The position numbers and the translations under genes were made by a program. A stretch of DNA of 53,936 bases from Candidatus Binatia bacterium (lineage in GTDB: Bacteria; Desulfobacterota; Binatia; UTPRO1): positions 1-53,936 of the forward strand of contig JBDSJB010000375.1 of the NCBI GenBank assembly GCA_039917665.1, given 5' to 3'. The notes under the pieces were generated by a model. That model made no database searches, had not been told where the DNA came from, and was given only the letters and a program-made list of their open reading frames with translations. This document shows, piece by piece, positions 53,917 to 53,936 of the stretch (positions within the stretch are counted from its first letter, which is position 1; each line of letters starts with the position of its first letter).

Positions 53917-53936
53917 CGTGCGGTCTCCTTCGCGGG

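Overview
High-GC, gene-dense bacterial chromosomal segment. Gene content and order suggest a Gram-negative deltaproteobacterium-like organism, possibly Candidatus Binatia (inference only). In order: the end of mdh, then sucC-sucD-ndk; a ~9 kb block between ndk and rlmN (GtrA-like/methyltransferase fusion, a second methyltransferase, three large GT-C-like polytopic membrane proteins of which two are tandem paralogs, and a GT9 glycosyltransferase); rlmN, a DAGK-family kinase, mtnP, a PfkB kinase and an ArnC-like GT2; ugd, uxs and a UDP-sugar epimerase; an orphan GAF histidine kinase; lepA-lepB followed by a membrane protein with STT3/AglB-like motifs; a DUF1329 protein; an alpha/beta hydrolase; a type II secretion cluster gspC-N on the minus strand, with a small histone-H1-like gene between gspF and gspG and a C-terminal AMIN-like domain on GspD; lysS-lolC/E-lolD-bamA-skp-[fabZ-lpxA fusion]-lpxI; a NarX/NarL-type two-component pair behind a sigma54-like promoter; and a DUF962 protein. 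The best candidate for an undescribed system is a lipid-carrier-dependent extracytoplasmic glycosylation/methylation pathway (GT2, GtrA-MTase, four GT-C-like enzymes, UDP-pentose synthesis). I found no rRNA, tRNA, CRISPR array or mobile element. All domain calls come from reading motifs by eye; no searches were run.
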